Notes under the pieces: generated by a model
Told to the model about the DNA's origin: nothing
The model's input: only the letters and a program-made list of their open reading frames with translations
Database searches by the model: none
Source: Alphaproteobacteria bacterium
GTDB lineage: Bacteria > Pseudomonadota > Alphaproteobacteria > RF32 > CAG-239
Assembly (NCBI GenBank): GCA_017470165.1
Contig: JAFUEX010000020.1
Coordinates: forward strand, 19,415 to 83,414
DNA: 64,000 nt
Direction: 5' to 3'
Shown here: one piece after another, positions 49,521 to 58,279 of the stretch
Layout: each line of letters begins with the position of its first letter
How positions within the stretch are numbered: the stretch's first letter is position 1
Program-made: the position numbers and the translations under genes

Positions 49521-50207
49521 TTAATCTGCCAGCAACATATACCCTTTGCCGCGCACTGTCTGTAAATAACGCGGATTTTTCGAATCTCGTTCAATTTTTT
49601 TACGCAAACGCGTAATCTGTACATCAATTGAACGCGGCGACTGCCCGACTCCCAACAACTCTGACAACTTCTCGCGCGAAAACACCTGCCCACTTTTGCG
49701 TCCCATAATCGCCAGCAAATTCTGCTCCACCGCCGTCAAATGCATTACGCCGCCTTGTTTGGTTTGCAACTCTTTGGTCTGCATATCAAACACACACAGC
49801 CCCAAACTCAAACTTTGCTTTTGTTCTTTGGTCTCTCCGACCCTCTTAAGCAAGTTACCCACCCTCAGCAACAATTCTTTGGTATCAAACGGCTTGGCGA
49901 TGTAATCATCCGCACCTCTTTCCAATCCGGCAATTCTGTCTTCGACCCCTCCCATTGCCGTCAGCATAATCACCGGCAACAAACTCTCCTGCCGCAATTT
50001 AGCCAAAAACTCAAACCCGTTTTCTTTGGGCATCATCACATCAACAATCAACAGATTAAATCGATAATGCCGCATCACCTCTCTGGCCTCATCCGCATCT
50101 TTTGCAGTTGATACAAAATACCCGTGCTCCCGCAAAAACCTTTGCAACAGCCCCCTCAAGCGGGTATCATCATCCACCACCAAAATATGCTTATTCGCCG
50201 TCACCAT
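49521..50207 (-). CDS. OmpR-family response regulator
   Basis: VVDDD, DVMMP, GADDYIAKPF and RSIDVQITRLRKKIE motifs. Confidence 0.95.
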   Translation of the reverse strand: MVTANKHILVVDDDTRLRGLLQRFLREHGYFVSTAKDADEAREVMRHYRFNLLIVDVMMPKENGFEFLAKLRQESLLPVIMLTAMGGVEDRIAGLERGADDYIAKPFDTKELLLRVGNLLKRVGETKEQKQSLSLGLCVFDMQTKELQTKQGGVMHLTAVEQNLLAIMGRKSGQVFSREKLSELLGVGQSPRSIDVQITRLRKKIERDSKNPRYLQTVRGKGYMLLAD

Positions 50208-50980
50208 CAGGCTGCCTTTTTCTTTACCGCCTTGCTTTTAGCTTTTTTCTTGGCAACCGGTGTCCGCTTAACCGCACTTTTAGCCGCCTTCGCCTGAGGC
50301 TTTTGTTTGGCAGTTTCTTCCGTTGTATGCAAAGCTGCCGGCCGGCCTCTTTTCTTCATTACCGGATTTTTGATTTTCAGCTCGCTGATAATCTTCGGCA
50401 TCGGCGGAACCTTGGCACATTTTTCCGTTTCGCAAATATAATCCAAGCTCTTTTGAAAATACTGATAACCAGTAACAAACGTCAGCACTCCGGCAATCCA
50501 CAGCAATACCTCACCGATACCGCCCCAATACCAAAAACCTTTCAGCAACATCATTGACAGTGCCGTCATCTGGAAGCCGGTCTTCCACTTGGCTAGCCGG
50601 CTAACCGGCAGTCCGACATTAACTTCGCGCAAAAATTCGCGCAGTCCCGAAACCAAAATCTCCCGACACAAAATCACCACCACCGGCACAAAGCTCCAGC
50701 GAGTTACCACCATATCCGGCTTGGCCAACAGCACCACCAAGGCCGAAGTAACCAGCAATTTGTCGGCAATTGGGTCCATCAACCGCCCCAGCGCCGAAGT
50801 CTCACCGCGTGCTCTGGCCAAATAGCCGTCAAAATAATCCGTAATCGAGGCAATAATAAACAGCACCGCGGCCAACAGCGCCCACAATGCCCCCTGAATA
50901 TACAACGACAAAAAGATTACCGGAATCACCACGATTCGCGACAAAGTCAATAAATTAGGCAGATTGTACATTATTTTCAT
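50207..50980 (-). CDS. pgsA: Phosphatidylglycerophosphate synthase with a long basic C-terminal tail
   Basis: NLPNLLTLSR and TDYFDGYLAR..G..DPIADK motifs; follows uvrC; extra K/A-rich tail. Confidence 0.94.
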   Translation of the reverse strand: MKIMYNLPNLLTLSRIVVIPVIFLSLYIQGALWALLAAVLFIIASITDYFDGYLARARGETSALGRLMDPIADKLLVTSALVVLLAKPDMVVTRWSFVPVVVILCREILVSGLREFLREVNVGLPVSRLAKWKTGFQMTALSMMLLKGFWYWGGIGEVLLWIAGVLTFVTGYQYFQKSLDYICETEKCAKVPPMPKIISELKIKNPVMKKRGRPAALHTTEETAKQKPQAKAAKSAVKRTPVAKKKAKSKAVKKKAA

Positions 50981-51021
50981 CCTACAAAAATTATCATTTC
51001 CATCAGTTTATAATATAATTA

Positions 51022-52824
51022 TCAATTATGAAAGTAGTTATATATTTTTTCCGCTGTTTTTTTGCTTATTCCTTCAATTTTTTGCAAGTCTTGCAAAGTG
51101 GCATCTGCCACATCCTTGGCCGAGCCGAAATACTTAAGCAGCTCGCGCTTGCGTTTTGTACCGATTCCCTCAATATCATCCAACGCCGACTTAGTCATTG
51201 ACTTTGCTCTTTTTTTGCGATGAGTACCGATAGCAAACCGATGAGCCTCATCTCGCAAATTTTGCAGATAAAAAGCTAACGGCGAACGATATTCCAAATC
51301 AAAACTTTCACGGTCTTTGATATGATAAAATTCTCTTCCCGCATTACGGTCTTCACCTTTTGATATACCGACAATCAAAATACCGCTCAAATCATATTCC
51401 GCCAACGCCTCATGCACCGAATTAAGTTGTCCGCGCCCTCCGTCCAGCAAAATAATATCCGGTCGATTTTCCGCCGTCATCCTCTCAAACCTGCGTTTAA
51501 GCACCTCCTTCATCATCGCAAAATCATCACGCGTTTCTTGAGTATATTTTATATCAAAAGTACGATAACTCTTCTTATCAAACCCCTCCGGCGTCGCCAC
51601 AATCATCGCTCCTATAGCATAGCTGCCTTGATTATGCGAGTTATCATAGACCTCAATCCGCCGCGGCGTGTACTCCAGTCCGAATTTAAGCCGCAAAGCC
51701 TCCAAATTATTCTTTACCGATGCCTCCAGCGCTATTTTGCGCCGAATGGCATCCACCGCATTATTGTAAGCAAACTCTGCCATTTTCAACCTGCTGCCGC
51801 CTTTGGGTGACGTCACTTTTACCCCCAGCGCGCTCTCCCACCATTCCTCATCGACTTGCCCATGCACAATAATTTCTTTCGGCGGGGTATGATTATCATA
51901 AAACTCACCGATAAATGCTTCAATTACTTCTGACAAATCCGCCCCTTGAGCCTGTTCGGGAAAATACACCGCATTACCGCAATTTTGCCCTGCGCGAATA
52001 AAAAATATTTCCACCGCTGCCAAATCGCCCTCTTGTGCCGCAGCAATCACATCCGCCGACTTCAATGCCGCATATTCCACATTCCCCTTCGCCTGAATAT
52101 TGCTCAAAGCTCTTATGCGGTCGCGCAACACCAAAGCTCTTTCGAAATCTAATTCAGCGCTGGCCTTTTCCATCTGTTCATACAATTCCTTGTGTAAACT
52201 GTCGTCATCCCCTTCCAAAAACGCTACCGCTTTGTCTACCGACAATCGATATTCTTCCTTGCTCACCAACCCGCAACACGGGGCCGAACACCGTTTGATC
52301 TGATACATCAGACACGGCCTTTGGCGATTAGCAAACACCGCATCGCGACACGAGCGCAGCAAAAATCCCTTTTGTAAAGTACTCACCGCTTCATTAACTG
52401 CAGCCACTGAGGCAAACGGTCCAAAATATTTGTTTTTTCCTTTGCGCCCGCCGCGATATTTGCTCAGGCGGGGAAATTCAGCCTCCGTGTCAATCATCAA
52501 ATAAGGAAAAGTCTTGTCATCTTTCAGCAAAATATTATAACGCGGCCGAAACTTTTTAATCAATTCATTTTCCACCAACAAGGCGCGCGATTCATTCTCC
52601 ACCACAATAAATTCCATCCGGTCAATCTGCGCCACCATCTGCTGCAATCTAACCGGAAGTTTATTCAGATGCGAATAAGCGGTAATGCGTTTTTTAATAC
52701 TCTTGGCCTTCCCCACATACAAAACCTCGCCATGCTCATCAATCATCCGATAAACTCCAGGATTAAACGGTGCAACTTTGATATGCGCTTTCAGATTGGC
52801 CAAACCTTTTTGAATATCAAACAA
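51022..52824 (-). CDS. uvrC: Excinuclease ABC subunit C
   Basis: PGVYRM, YVGKAKS, PRYNILLKDDK, DNSH, LLDGG, RDEAHRFA and HhH motifs. Start TTG 52824 with AAGGAG RBS. Confidence 0.97.
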   Translation of the reverse strand: MFDIQKGLANLKAHIKVAPFNPGVYRMIDEHGEVLYVGKAKSIKKRITAYSHLNKLPVRLQQMVAQIDRMEFIVVENESRALLVENELIKKFRPRYNILLKDDKTFPYLMIDTEAEFPRLSKYRGGRKGKNKYFGPFASVAAVNEAVSTLQKGFLLRSCRDAVFANRQRPCLMYQIKRCSAPCCGLVSKEEYRLSVDKAVAFLEGDDDSLHKELYEQMEKASAELDFERALVLRDRIRALSNIQAKGNVEYAALKSADVIAAAQEGDLAAVEIFFIRAGQNCGNAVYFPEQAQGADLSEVIEAFIGEFYDNHTPPKEIIVHGQVDEEWWESALGVKVTSPKGGSRLKMAEFAYNNAVDAIRRKIALEASVKNNLEALRLKFGLEYTPRRIEVYDNSHNQGSYAIGAMIVATPEGFDKKSYRTFDIKYTQETRDDFAMMKEVLKRRFERMTAENRPDIILLDGGRGQLNSVHEALAEYDLSGILIVGISKGEDRNAGREFYHIKDRESFDLEYRSPLAFYLQNLRDEAHRFAIGTHRKKRAKSMTKSALDDIEGIGTKRKRELLKYFGSAKDVADATLQDLQKIEGISKKTAEKIYNYFHN

Positions 52825-52952
52825 CTTCTTTCTCCTTAGCTTGAATATTATCGCGCATCGGCAAAAAATCAAGCGCAAAAGCACATACACCCTTTGATTA
52901 ATCTTACGGTTATACCAAGAGGATTTATTAAATTTGATCATTGCAAAATAAT

Positions 52953-53015
52953 TGTAACCATTGACATTCCAAAAAATGTATTTTATACATTTAAAATGTA
53001 ACAATTTATATTACA
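52953..53015. promoter_or_regulatory. Rrf2 operator-like palindromes over a TTGACA box
   Basis: Exact TGTAA-N9-TTACA at 52997-53015; TGTAA-N9-TTCCA at 52953-52971 overlaps TTGACA at 52961-52966. Confidence 0.7.
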
Positions 53016-53031
53016 ATTAAGGATAACCATA

Positions 53032-53409
53032 ATGGCTGATTATACAAATACTGATTTAGGAACATTCGCTGAGATTGCCAAACTTGAGAACGGCAAAGCA
53101 TTTTTGCACGATGCGCTTGCTTTAACAAGCTGTGAGATTTCGGTAAATGTTACCCCCAAAGGATTCAAAGTGCCGTTTAACCACAAACACAAACAAAATG
53201 AAGAAGTTTATATCATTTTAAAAGGAACCGGCATCATCACGGTCGGCGAAAACAAAATCAATGTCACAGAAGGCTCGGCGGTCAAAGTTGCAACCGGCGC
53301 TGCCCGAACGATTGAAAACACCGGTGATGGCGAGTTCCATTTTATCTGCATTCAGGCCAAAGAAGGTTCATTAACGCAGTTTGGTTTCGGCGATGCGGAG
53401 TTATGCTAA
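53032..53409 (+). CDS. Cupin domain protein
   Basis: HKHKQNEEVYIILKGTG cupin motif. Confidence 0.88.
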   Translation: MADYTNTDLGTFAEIAKLENGKAFLHDALALTSCEISVNVTPKGFKVPFNHKHKQNEEVYIILKGTGIITVGENKINVTEGSAVKVATGAARTIENTGDGEFHFICIQAKEGSLTQFGFGDAELC

Positions 53410-53421
53410 CGGAATAATGCA

Positions 53422-53856
53422 ATGCAGATTTCCAGTCGATTCACTATTGCTTTGCACATATTGACCGCCATTCATACCTTCAAAGACAAATATCGTGTTA
53501 CGAGTGAATTTTTGTCCGGTTCGGTGCAAGCTAATCCGGTAATCATTCGCAATATTCTGCTACAACTAAAGGCTGCGGGGATGGTGAAAATTCCCCGCGG
53601 TCGGACAAGCGAAAGCATCACATTGCTGAAAAAGCCGGAGGAAATCAGCTTGCTTTCGGTGTATAGCGCCATTGAGCCTTTGGAAAGCGATACGCTTTTC
53701 GCCTTTCACAAAAATCCGAACCCTTCCTGTCCAGTTGGCAAAAATATTCATAGCATTTTAGATGACCGCCTTCTAAGTGTTCAAAAAGCGATGGAAGACA
53801 AACTCAAAAATATGAAATTATCTGATATTTTGAGCGATTTGAATCAATTAATATAA
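53422..53856 (+). CDS. Rrf2 family regulator (YwnA/SifR-like)
   Basis: MQISSRFTIALH, NPVIIR, ISLLSVY and FHKNPNPSCPVG motifs; single Cys. Confidence 0.9.
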   Translation: MQISSRFTIALHILTAIHTFKDKYRVTSEFLSGSVQANPVIIRNILLQLKAAGMVKIPRGRTSESITLLKKPEEISLLSVYSAIEPLESDTLFAFHKNPNPSCPVGKNIHSILDDRLLSVQKAMEDKLKNMKLSDILSDLNQLI

Positions 53857-53859
53857 ACC

Positions 53860-53895
53860 AAAAGGCCTTGCTTGTAATAACCCGCAAAGCCTTTT
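53860..53895. terminator. Imperfect, possibly bidirectional terminator
   Basis: AAAGGC...GCCTTT stem with internal TTGC/GCAA pairing between convergent genes. Confidence 0.5.
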
Positions 53896-53899
53896 ATCA

Positions 53900-54178
53900 T
53901 CAAAAAAACCAACATTTCTCCGCTTCCCGCCACAATCCATCGGCCAGCTCAATTCCCCACAACCCGCGGCTTTGAAGCTCTAAGGCCACTGCCTCAAAAT
54001 CTTCCTCGTCTTCCGGATTGCCGGACCGCAACATTTGACGAAAACTAACCCGTAAACGCGCATCTGACAGCTTTTGAATTGCTTGGTGCTTTGAATGTTC
54101 TTTTTTTCTCACTCCGCTACGGAGCTCATCTTTTTGCGGCACTCGCAATCGACGTGCCCAACCTTTTACAATCGACAT
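53900..54178 (-). CDS. Small hypothetical protein (soluble paralogue)
   Basis: Shares the LS..L...AV..EL..RGL motif with the neighbouring ORF. Confidence 0.6.
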   Translation of the reverse strand: MSIVKGWARRLRVPQKDELRSGVRKKEHSKHQAIQKLSDARLRVSFRQMLRSGNPEDEEDFEAVALELQSRGLWGIELADGLWREAEKCWFF

Positions 54179-54220
54179 AATTACTGTTTTTTAAGGTGTT
54201 AAAATAATTAAATCGGATTA

Positions 54221-54550
54221 TCAATCATCCTTGCGCAAAATACTGCCGGCTATTGCCCTAAAATACAGCCCGCGTTGCTTAAGCTCACGACAAACGGCAT
54301 TATAACCGGCATAATTTCTCATTTTGTGCCGACGATAAAAACGATACAGCGTCAACAGCTCATCGTTTGACAACGCTTCAATACCTGAATTTTTCATTGC
54401 CTCATCATTCCTGTCATGGCGCAAATTCATAAACCCCGACCGCCACATCAACAGTACAAAAATAAAGGCCCCGAAAGCACAGGCCCAAAGCACACAGGCC
54501 AATACGTCCGACAACGGAAATCGCATGACCGTAATACCTAACATTTGCAT
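54221..54550 (-). CDS. Small hypothetical membrane protein (TM-anchored paralogue)
   Basis: N-terminal hydrophobic helix followed by the shared motif; start may be ATG 54526. Confidence 0.65.
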   Translation of the reverse strand: MQMLGITVMRFPLSDVLACVLWACAFGAFIFVLLMWRSGFMNLRHDRNDEAMKNSGIEALSNDELLTLYRFYRRHKMRNYAGYNAVCRELKQRGLYFRAIAGSILRKDD

Positions 54551-54771
54551 AATTCTTTATGTTTTTTATAGTTTGACAATAATAACTTTCCATAGATATG
54601 GCTATAAACCATTTTCCTTTGATTTGCAAGCGCAAATTTCCTTTATCACCCATTGTCTGTGCTATAATTTTGCTTGCACAAAATATTTTTTTCGCTATCA
54701 TACCCACCAAACGTCACCGTTAATCCCCTATGCTTTGATAAATAAATTTTAACTAAGGAGAATTTATTGTT

Positions 54772-55491
54772 ATGAACTCTGAGAATGTTAAGTTTTTCGG
54801 CCGCCGCAAAGGCCGAAAAATCCGCAAAGCCAAAACCTCGTTGCTGGAACGTTTTTTGCCATTGATAAAGTTGCCCGAACACTCGTTAATTTCCAAAGAT
54901 ATGTTCAGCCAGCCGGTTGAGCGTCTGTCTTTGGAAATCGGTTTCGGCGGCGGCGAACATTTGGCCGGAGTATCCAGTCAAAACCCTTCAACCGGATACA
55001 TCGGCGCCGAAGTTTTTCAAAATGGCATTGCCAACCTGCTCTCGCTCATCACCGGCATCAAACAAAATGCCGACCTGCCCGAGGTTATTCGCCCTCTTCC
55101 CCACAGGGCTGACAATGTACGAATTTTTGATGATGATGTCAGGCTGCTTTTTCCGCGTCTTCCTAACGGCTGTTTAGATGAGGTATTTTTGCTGTTTCCC
55201 GACCCTTGGCCCAAGAAACGCCACGCTGACCGCCGCTTTATCAATCCGGCCAATTTGGACGAGCTGTCACGCATTTTGGCCTCAGGCGGGCGTCTGCTCA
55301 TTGCCACCGACCACCCCGTCTACAAAAGCTGGGTTATCCGCCAAATGCGCACTCGTCCCGATTTTGTTTGGACAGCCAAATGTTTTTCCGATTGGCGCTA
55401 TCCTCCTGCCGACTGGGTTGCCACCAAATACCAGAAAAAAGCTCTGTCCGAGGGACGAAGACCGGTATTTTTCGAATATCGCCGTCTCTGA
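54772..55491 (+). CDS. trmB: tRNA (guanine-N7)-methyltransferase
   Basis: LEIGFGGGEH, FPDPWPKKRH..RR, ATDH and TKYQ motifs. Confidence 0.96.
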   Translation: MNSENVKFFGRRKGRKIRKAKTSLLERFLPLIKLPEHSLISKDMFSQPVERLSLEIGFGGGEHLAGVSSQNPSTGYIGAEVFQNGIANLLSLITGIKQNADLPEVIRPLPHRADNVRIFDDDVRLLFPRLPNGCLDEVFLLFPDPWPKKRHADRRFINPANLDELSRILASGGRLLIATDHPVYKSWVIRQMRTRPDFVWTAKCFSDWRYPPADWVATKYQKKALSEGRRPVFFEYRRL

Positions 55492-55566
55492 TATTTTGCT
55501 TGCAAATTTTCGCCAAATAGGGTAAACCTTGCTGCGAATTAACCATTTTTAACAAGGCAGTTTAAA

Positions 55567-56628
55567 ATGAAAATTTTGGTAGGAATGAGCGGCGGTGTAG
55601 ATTCTTCGGTAACCGCCTTGCTATTAAAACAGGCCGGACACGAAGTTATCGGGGCCACCATGGCAATATGGGATGATGCTAACACATCGCGCATCCCCGA
55701 ACACGCCAACGGCTGTTTTGCACCTGACGAAGACGACATTGCCTCAGCCAAGGCCGTTTGTGCCACTCTCGGCATCCCCCATATGGTGCTTGACTGCCGT
55801 GAGCAATATCGCCGCATCGTCTTAGAAAACTTTAAGTCCGAGTACAAATCCGGCCGCACTCCCAACCCTTGTGTTATATGCAATGCCAACATAAAATTTC
55901 GGGTTCTTCCAGAAACTACCAAGCAACAGGGAATTGCTTTCGACAAATTTGCCACCGGCCACTATGCCCGAGTTGAACTTTCTCCCCATGACCGCCGCTA
56001 TCACATTCTGCGCGGTATCGACAGCAAGAAAGACCAGTCCTATTTTCTTTATCGGCTGCAGCAGGAACAACTGCAAAACATTTTACTGCCGCTCGGCACC
56101 AAAACCAAAATCGAAATTCGCGAACTGGCGCGGCAAGCCGGCTTGAGCGTTTCTGATAAACCTGACAGTCAGGATTTTTATTCCGGAGAAATTAATGACA
56201 TCTTGCAATTTCCTCCGCAAACCGGCAATTTTATTAACTCTGCTGGTCAGATATTGGGCACTCATCAGGGCTATTGGAATTTCACCATCGGCCAGCGACG
56301 CGGCTTAGGCCTCTCGGCAGCTCGCCCGTTGTATGTCATATCACTCAACAAAGACACCAATGAGGTGGTGGTCGGTTTTGCCGAAGAATGTTTACAAACC
56401 AAACTGTTGGCCACCGATTGGAACTGGCAATCTTCTCAACCTGATACGCATTTTTGCTGCTCGGCCAAAATCCGCTCGTCGCAAACGCCTTGCGATGTAG
56501 AAGTTACCCCTTGCAACGATGGCAAATATCAAGTAACGTTTCTCGCCCCGCAAAGTGCAGTCACTCCGGGGCAATCGGTAGTACTTTATGATGAAGACGC
56601 CATTATCGGTGGCGGAGTTATTGCTTAG
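55567..56628 (+). CDS. mnmA: tRNA 2-thiouridylase
   Basis: GMSGGVDSS, TPNPCVICN, ATGHYAR, KDQSYFL, DSQDF and HQG...FTIGQRRG motifs. Confidence 0.97.
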   Translation: MKILVGMSGGVDSSVTALLLKQAGHEVIGATMAIWDDANTSRIPEHANGCFAPDEDDIASAKAVCATLGIPHMVLDCREQYRRIVLENFKSEYKSGRTPNPCVICNANIKFRVLPETTKQQGIAFDKFATGHYARVELSPHDRRYHILRGIDSKKDQSYFLYRLQQEQLQNILLPLGTKTKIEIRELARQAGLSVSDKPDSQDFYSGEINDILQFPPQTGNFINSAGQILGTHQGYWNFTIGQRRGLGLSAARPLYVISLNKDTNEVVVGFAEECLQTKLLATDWNWQSSQPDTHFCCSAKIRSSQTPCDVEVTPCNDGKYQVTFLAPQSAVTPGQSVVLYDEDAIIGGGVIA

Positions 56629-57341
56629 AAAAACGACAGTACCGCGGCCAAAAACACCGGCACCGACAGATTGTCGTCAATCTCGATTTTATCCTCAAAA
56701 ACCTCAGCCAAAGTTGCTGTCGCGCAAGCTACCACACTCACCCAGCTAAAGCTATGCAGCGGCCAAAACAGCAAATTAATCACCAAAGCCGAAACCCAAA
56801 AGGCCGCCGTGCCTTCCAAAGTTTTGTTCTTATATATCTTGATTTTACCGACCGAGCGTCCGACCAAAGCCGCCGCACTATCCGAAATCAGCATCACTGT
56901 CAAAGCAATCGCCGCCACCACTTTGTCAAACAGGCACAAACACAACAGTGACGAGACCAAAACATATATTGCACCGGTAAATTGAAAATGTTCTCTTGAA
57001 GTCTCCTTATTGCGCAGGGTCTTGAAAAACAAAACTCCGAACGACTTACGCGCCCATGAATAACGCTTAAAATTACCATATTCCAAAACGATATTACCCG
57101 TCAATATCACCAGCAAAATAGGTATCAAAATAAACTTCGGCATAAAATAGATGGCCGCAGGTATCCACAACGAGCTCAAATGAATAGCCTTGCGCAACAA
57201 TTCTTTTTTAAATGACTTATCGCGACTCAATTGTTGATACAACAAATCTGCGCTTTGCCAATTGGCTTTCCAATCCAGCCGATTGTGCAATCGCATCATA
57301 AATTGTTTGTAGTTCGGACGTTTATTATCAAAATTCCACAT
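56625..57341 (-). CDS. CTP-dependent kinase/cytidylyltransferase-family membrane protein (dolichol/phytol kinase-like)
   Basis: RKAIHL, SDSAAALVG, KTLEGT and DDNLSVP motifs. Confidence 0.85.
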   Translation of the reverse strand: MWNFDNKRPNYKQFMMRLHNRLDWKANWQSADLLYQQLSRDKSFKKELLRKAIHLSSLWIPAAIYFMPKFILIPILLVILTGNIVLEYGNFKRYSWARKSFGVLFFKTLRNKETSREHFQFTGAIYVLVSSLLCLCLFDKVVAAIALTVMLISDSAAALVGRSVGKIKIYKNKTLEGTAAFWVSALVINLLFWPLHSFSWVSVVACATATLAEVFEDKIEIDDNLSVPVFLAAVLSFF

Positions 57342-57488
57342 TATTTTGCCTTCCGCTCACCCTTATCTTCTGCAATATAAACTTTTTTACAAAATCTCAA
57401 GCAAAATCTCCCTCATGTGGATGAAAATGCGCTGTTGATAACTATATTGTCCGTCGTAATGTTTCATCAACCGAAAGGAGGTTCTGCT

Positions 57489-57722
57489 ATGAGAAACAAC
57501 AAACCTTCACCTGTTGTGTCCCTGTCCTTATCACACCCCAATTATGAAGACATCACCGACGAGAGTTTCAGCATTCGCCCCTTGAGCAAAATGCGGCTGA
57601 TAGATTCGCACTTTGGCCTTGACGACGAATGCGAATTTGAAAAAAATATGTTTAACTTCGGCGATTTTGATGATCTGCCGCCCTCCGACCGCGCAACAGA
57701 TATGCGCTGCAAAAACACTTAA
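57489..57722 (+). CDS. Small acidic hypothetical protein
   Basis: Strong AAGGAGG RBS before ATG 57489; ends at a terminator. Confidence 0.6.
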   Translation: MRNNKPSPVVSLSLSHPNYEDITDESFSIRPLSKMRLIDSHFGLDDECEFEKNMFNFGDFDDLPPSDRATDMRCKNT

Positions 57723-57754
57723 AAAATAAGGCAGATTTCTCTGCCTTGTTTTTT
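57721..57754. terminator. Bidirectional intrinsic terminator
   Basis: A6-T-AAGGCAGA-TTTC-TCTGCCTT-G-T6. Confidence 0.88.
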
Positions 57755-58256
57755 ATTCCTGCTCTTCCAAACTCTGTTCTTTGTTGTGAATATATTGGCT
57801 CTTAGCCATAGTCAGCATCAAGTCAAACAATTGTTTGGCAACCTTACGATTACTAATTTTATAGTAAGCCTGCACCAATTCCAAAGTTTCTTGCTTGCGC
57901 ATCGGATCCGCTTCAAACATATTCACATTCTCGCTCAGCGAAGTAACATTTTTCGGGTTGCTGAACGACATCGGACTATGCAGCGCTGTACCTTCGTCCA
58001 TATCATCATAAAAAAAGCTGACCGGTGTATTCATCACAACACCGAAATCCCACAACCGGCTGGCGCTTACCCGATTTAAGCCCTTTTCGTATTTCTGGAT
58101 TTGCTGGAATGTCAGTCCCAATTTATCACCCAGCATTTCTTGGCTCCAACCCAACAAATTGCGTCTTATCTTAATCCGGTTGCCTACGTGTATGTCAATC
58201 GGATTCGGCGCACCTTGCGGAGTTCTGCCACGGCTGCTTTTCAATGCTTTTTTCAT
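57753..58256 (-). CDS. XRE-family HTH regulator
   Basis: PNPIDIHVGNRIKIRR and GLTFQQIQKYEKGLNRVSASRL; typical alphaproteobacterial neighbour of lnt. Confidence 0.93.
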   Translation of the reverse strand: MKKALKSSRGRTPQGAPNPIDIHVGNRIKIRRNLLGWSQEMLGDKLGLTFQQIQKYEKGLNRVSASRLWDFGVVMNTPVSFFYDDMDEGTALHSPMSFSNPKNVTSLSENVNMFEADPMRKQETLELVQAYYKISNRKVAKQLFDLMLTMAKSQYIHNKEQSLEEQE

Positions 58257-58279
58257 TGTAGTCCTCCCTAATAGACAAG

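Noticed and set aside
52825-53004. N-terminal extension of UvrC
   Set aside because: It runs through AT-rich promoter/operator DNA; the strong RBS is at TTG 52824.
54414-54882. ORFs 54414..54710, 54525..54752 and 54646..54882
   Set aside because: They are mutually overlapping frames over an AT-rich divergent promoter region, with no motifs.
55539-55553. CtrA box upstream of mnmA
   Set aside because: The spacing is TTAA-N6-TTAA, not N7.
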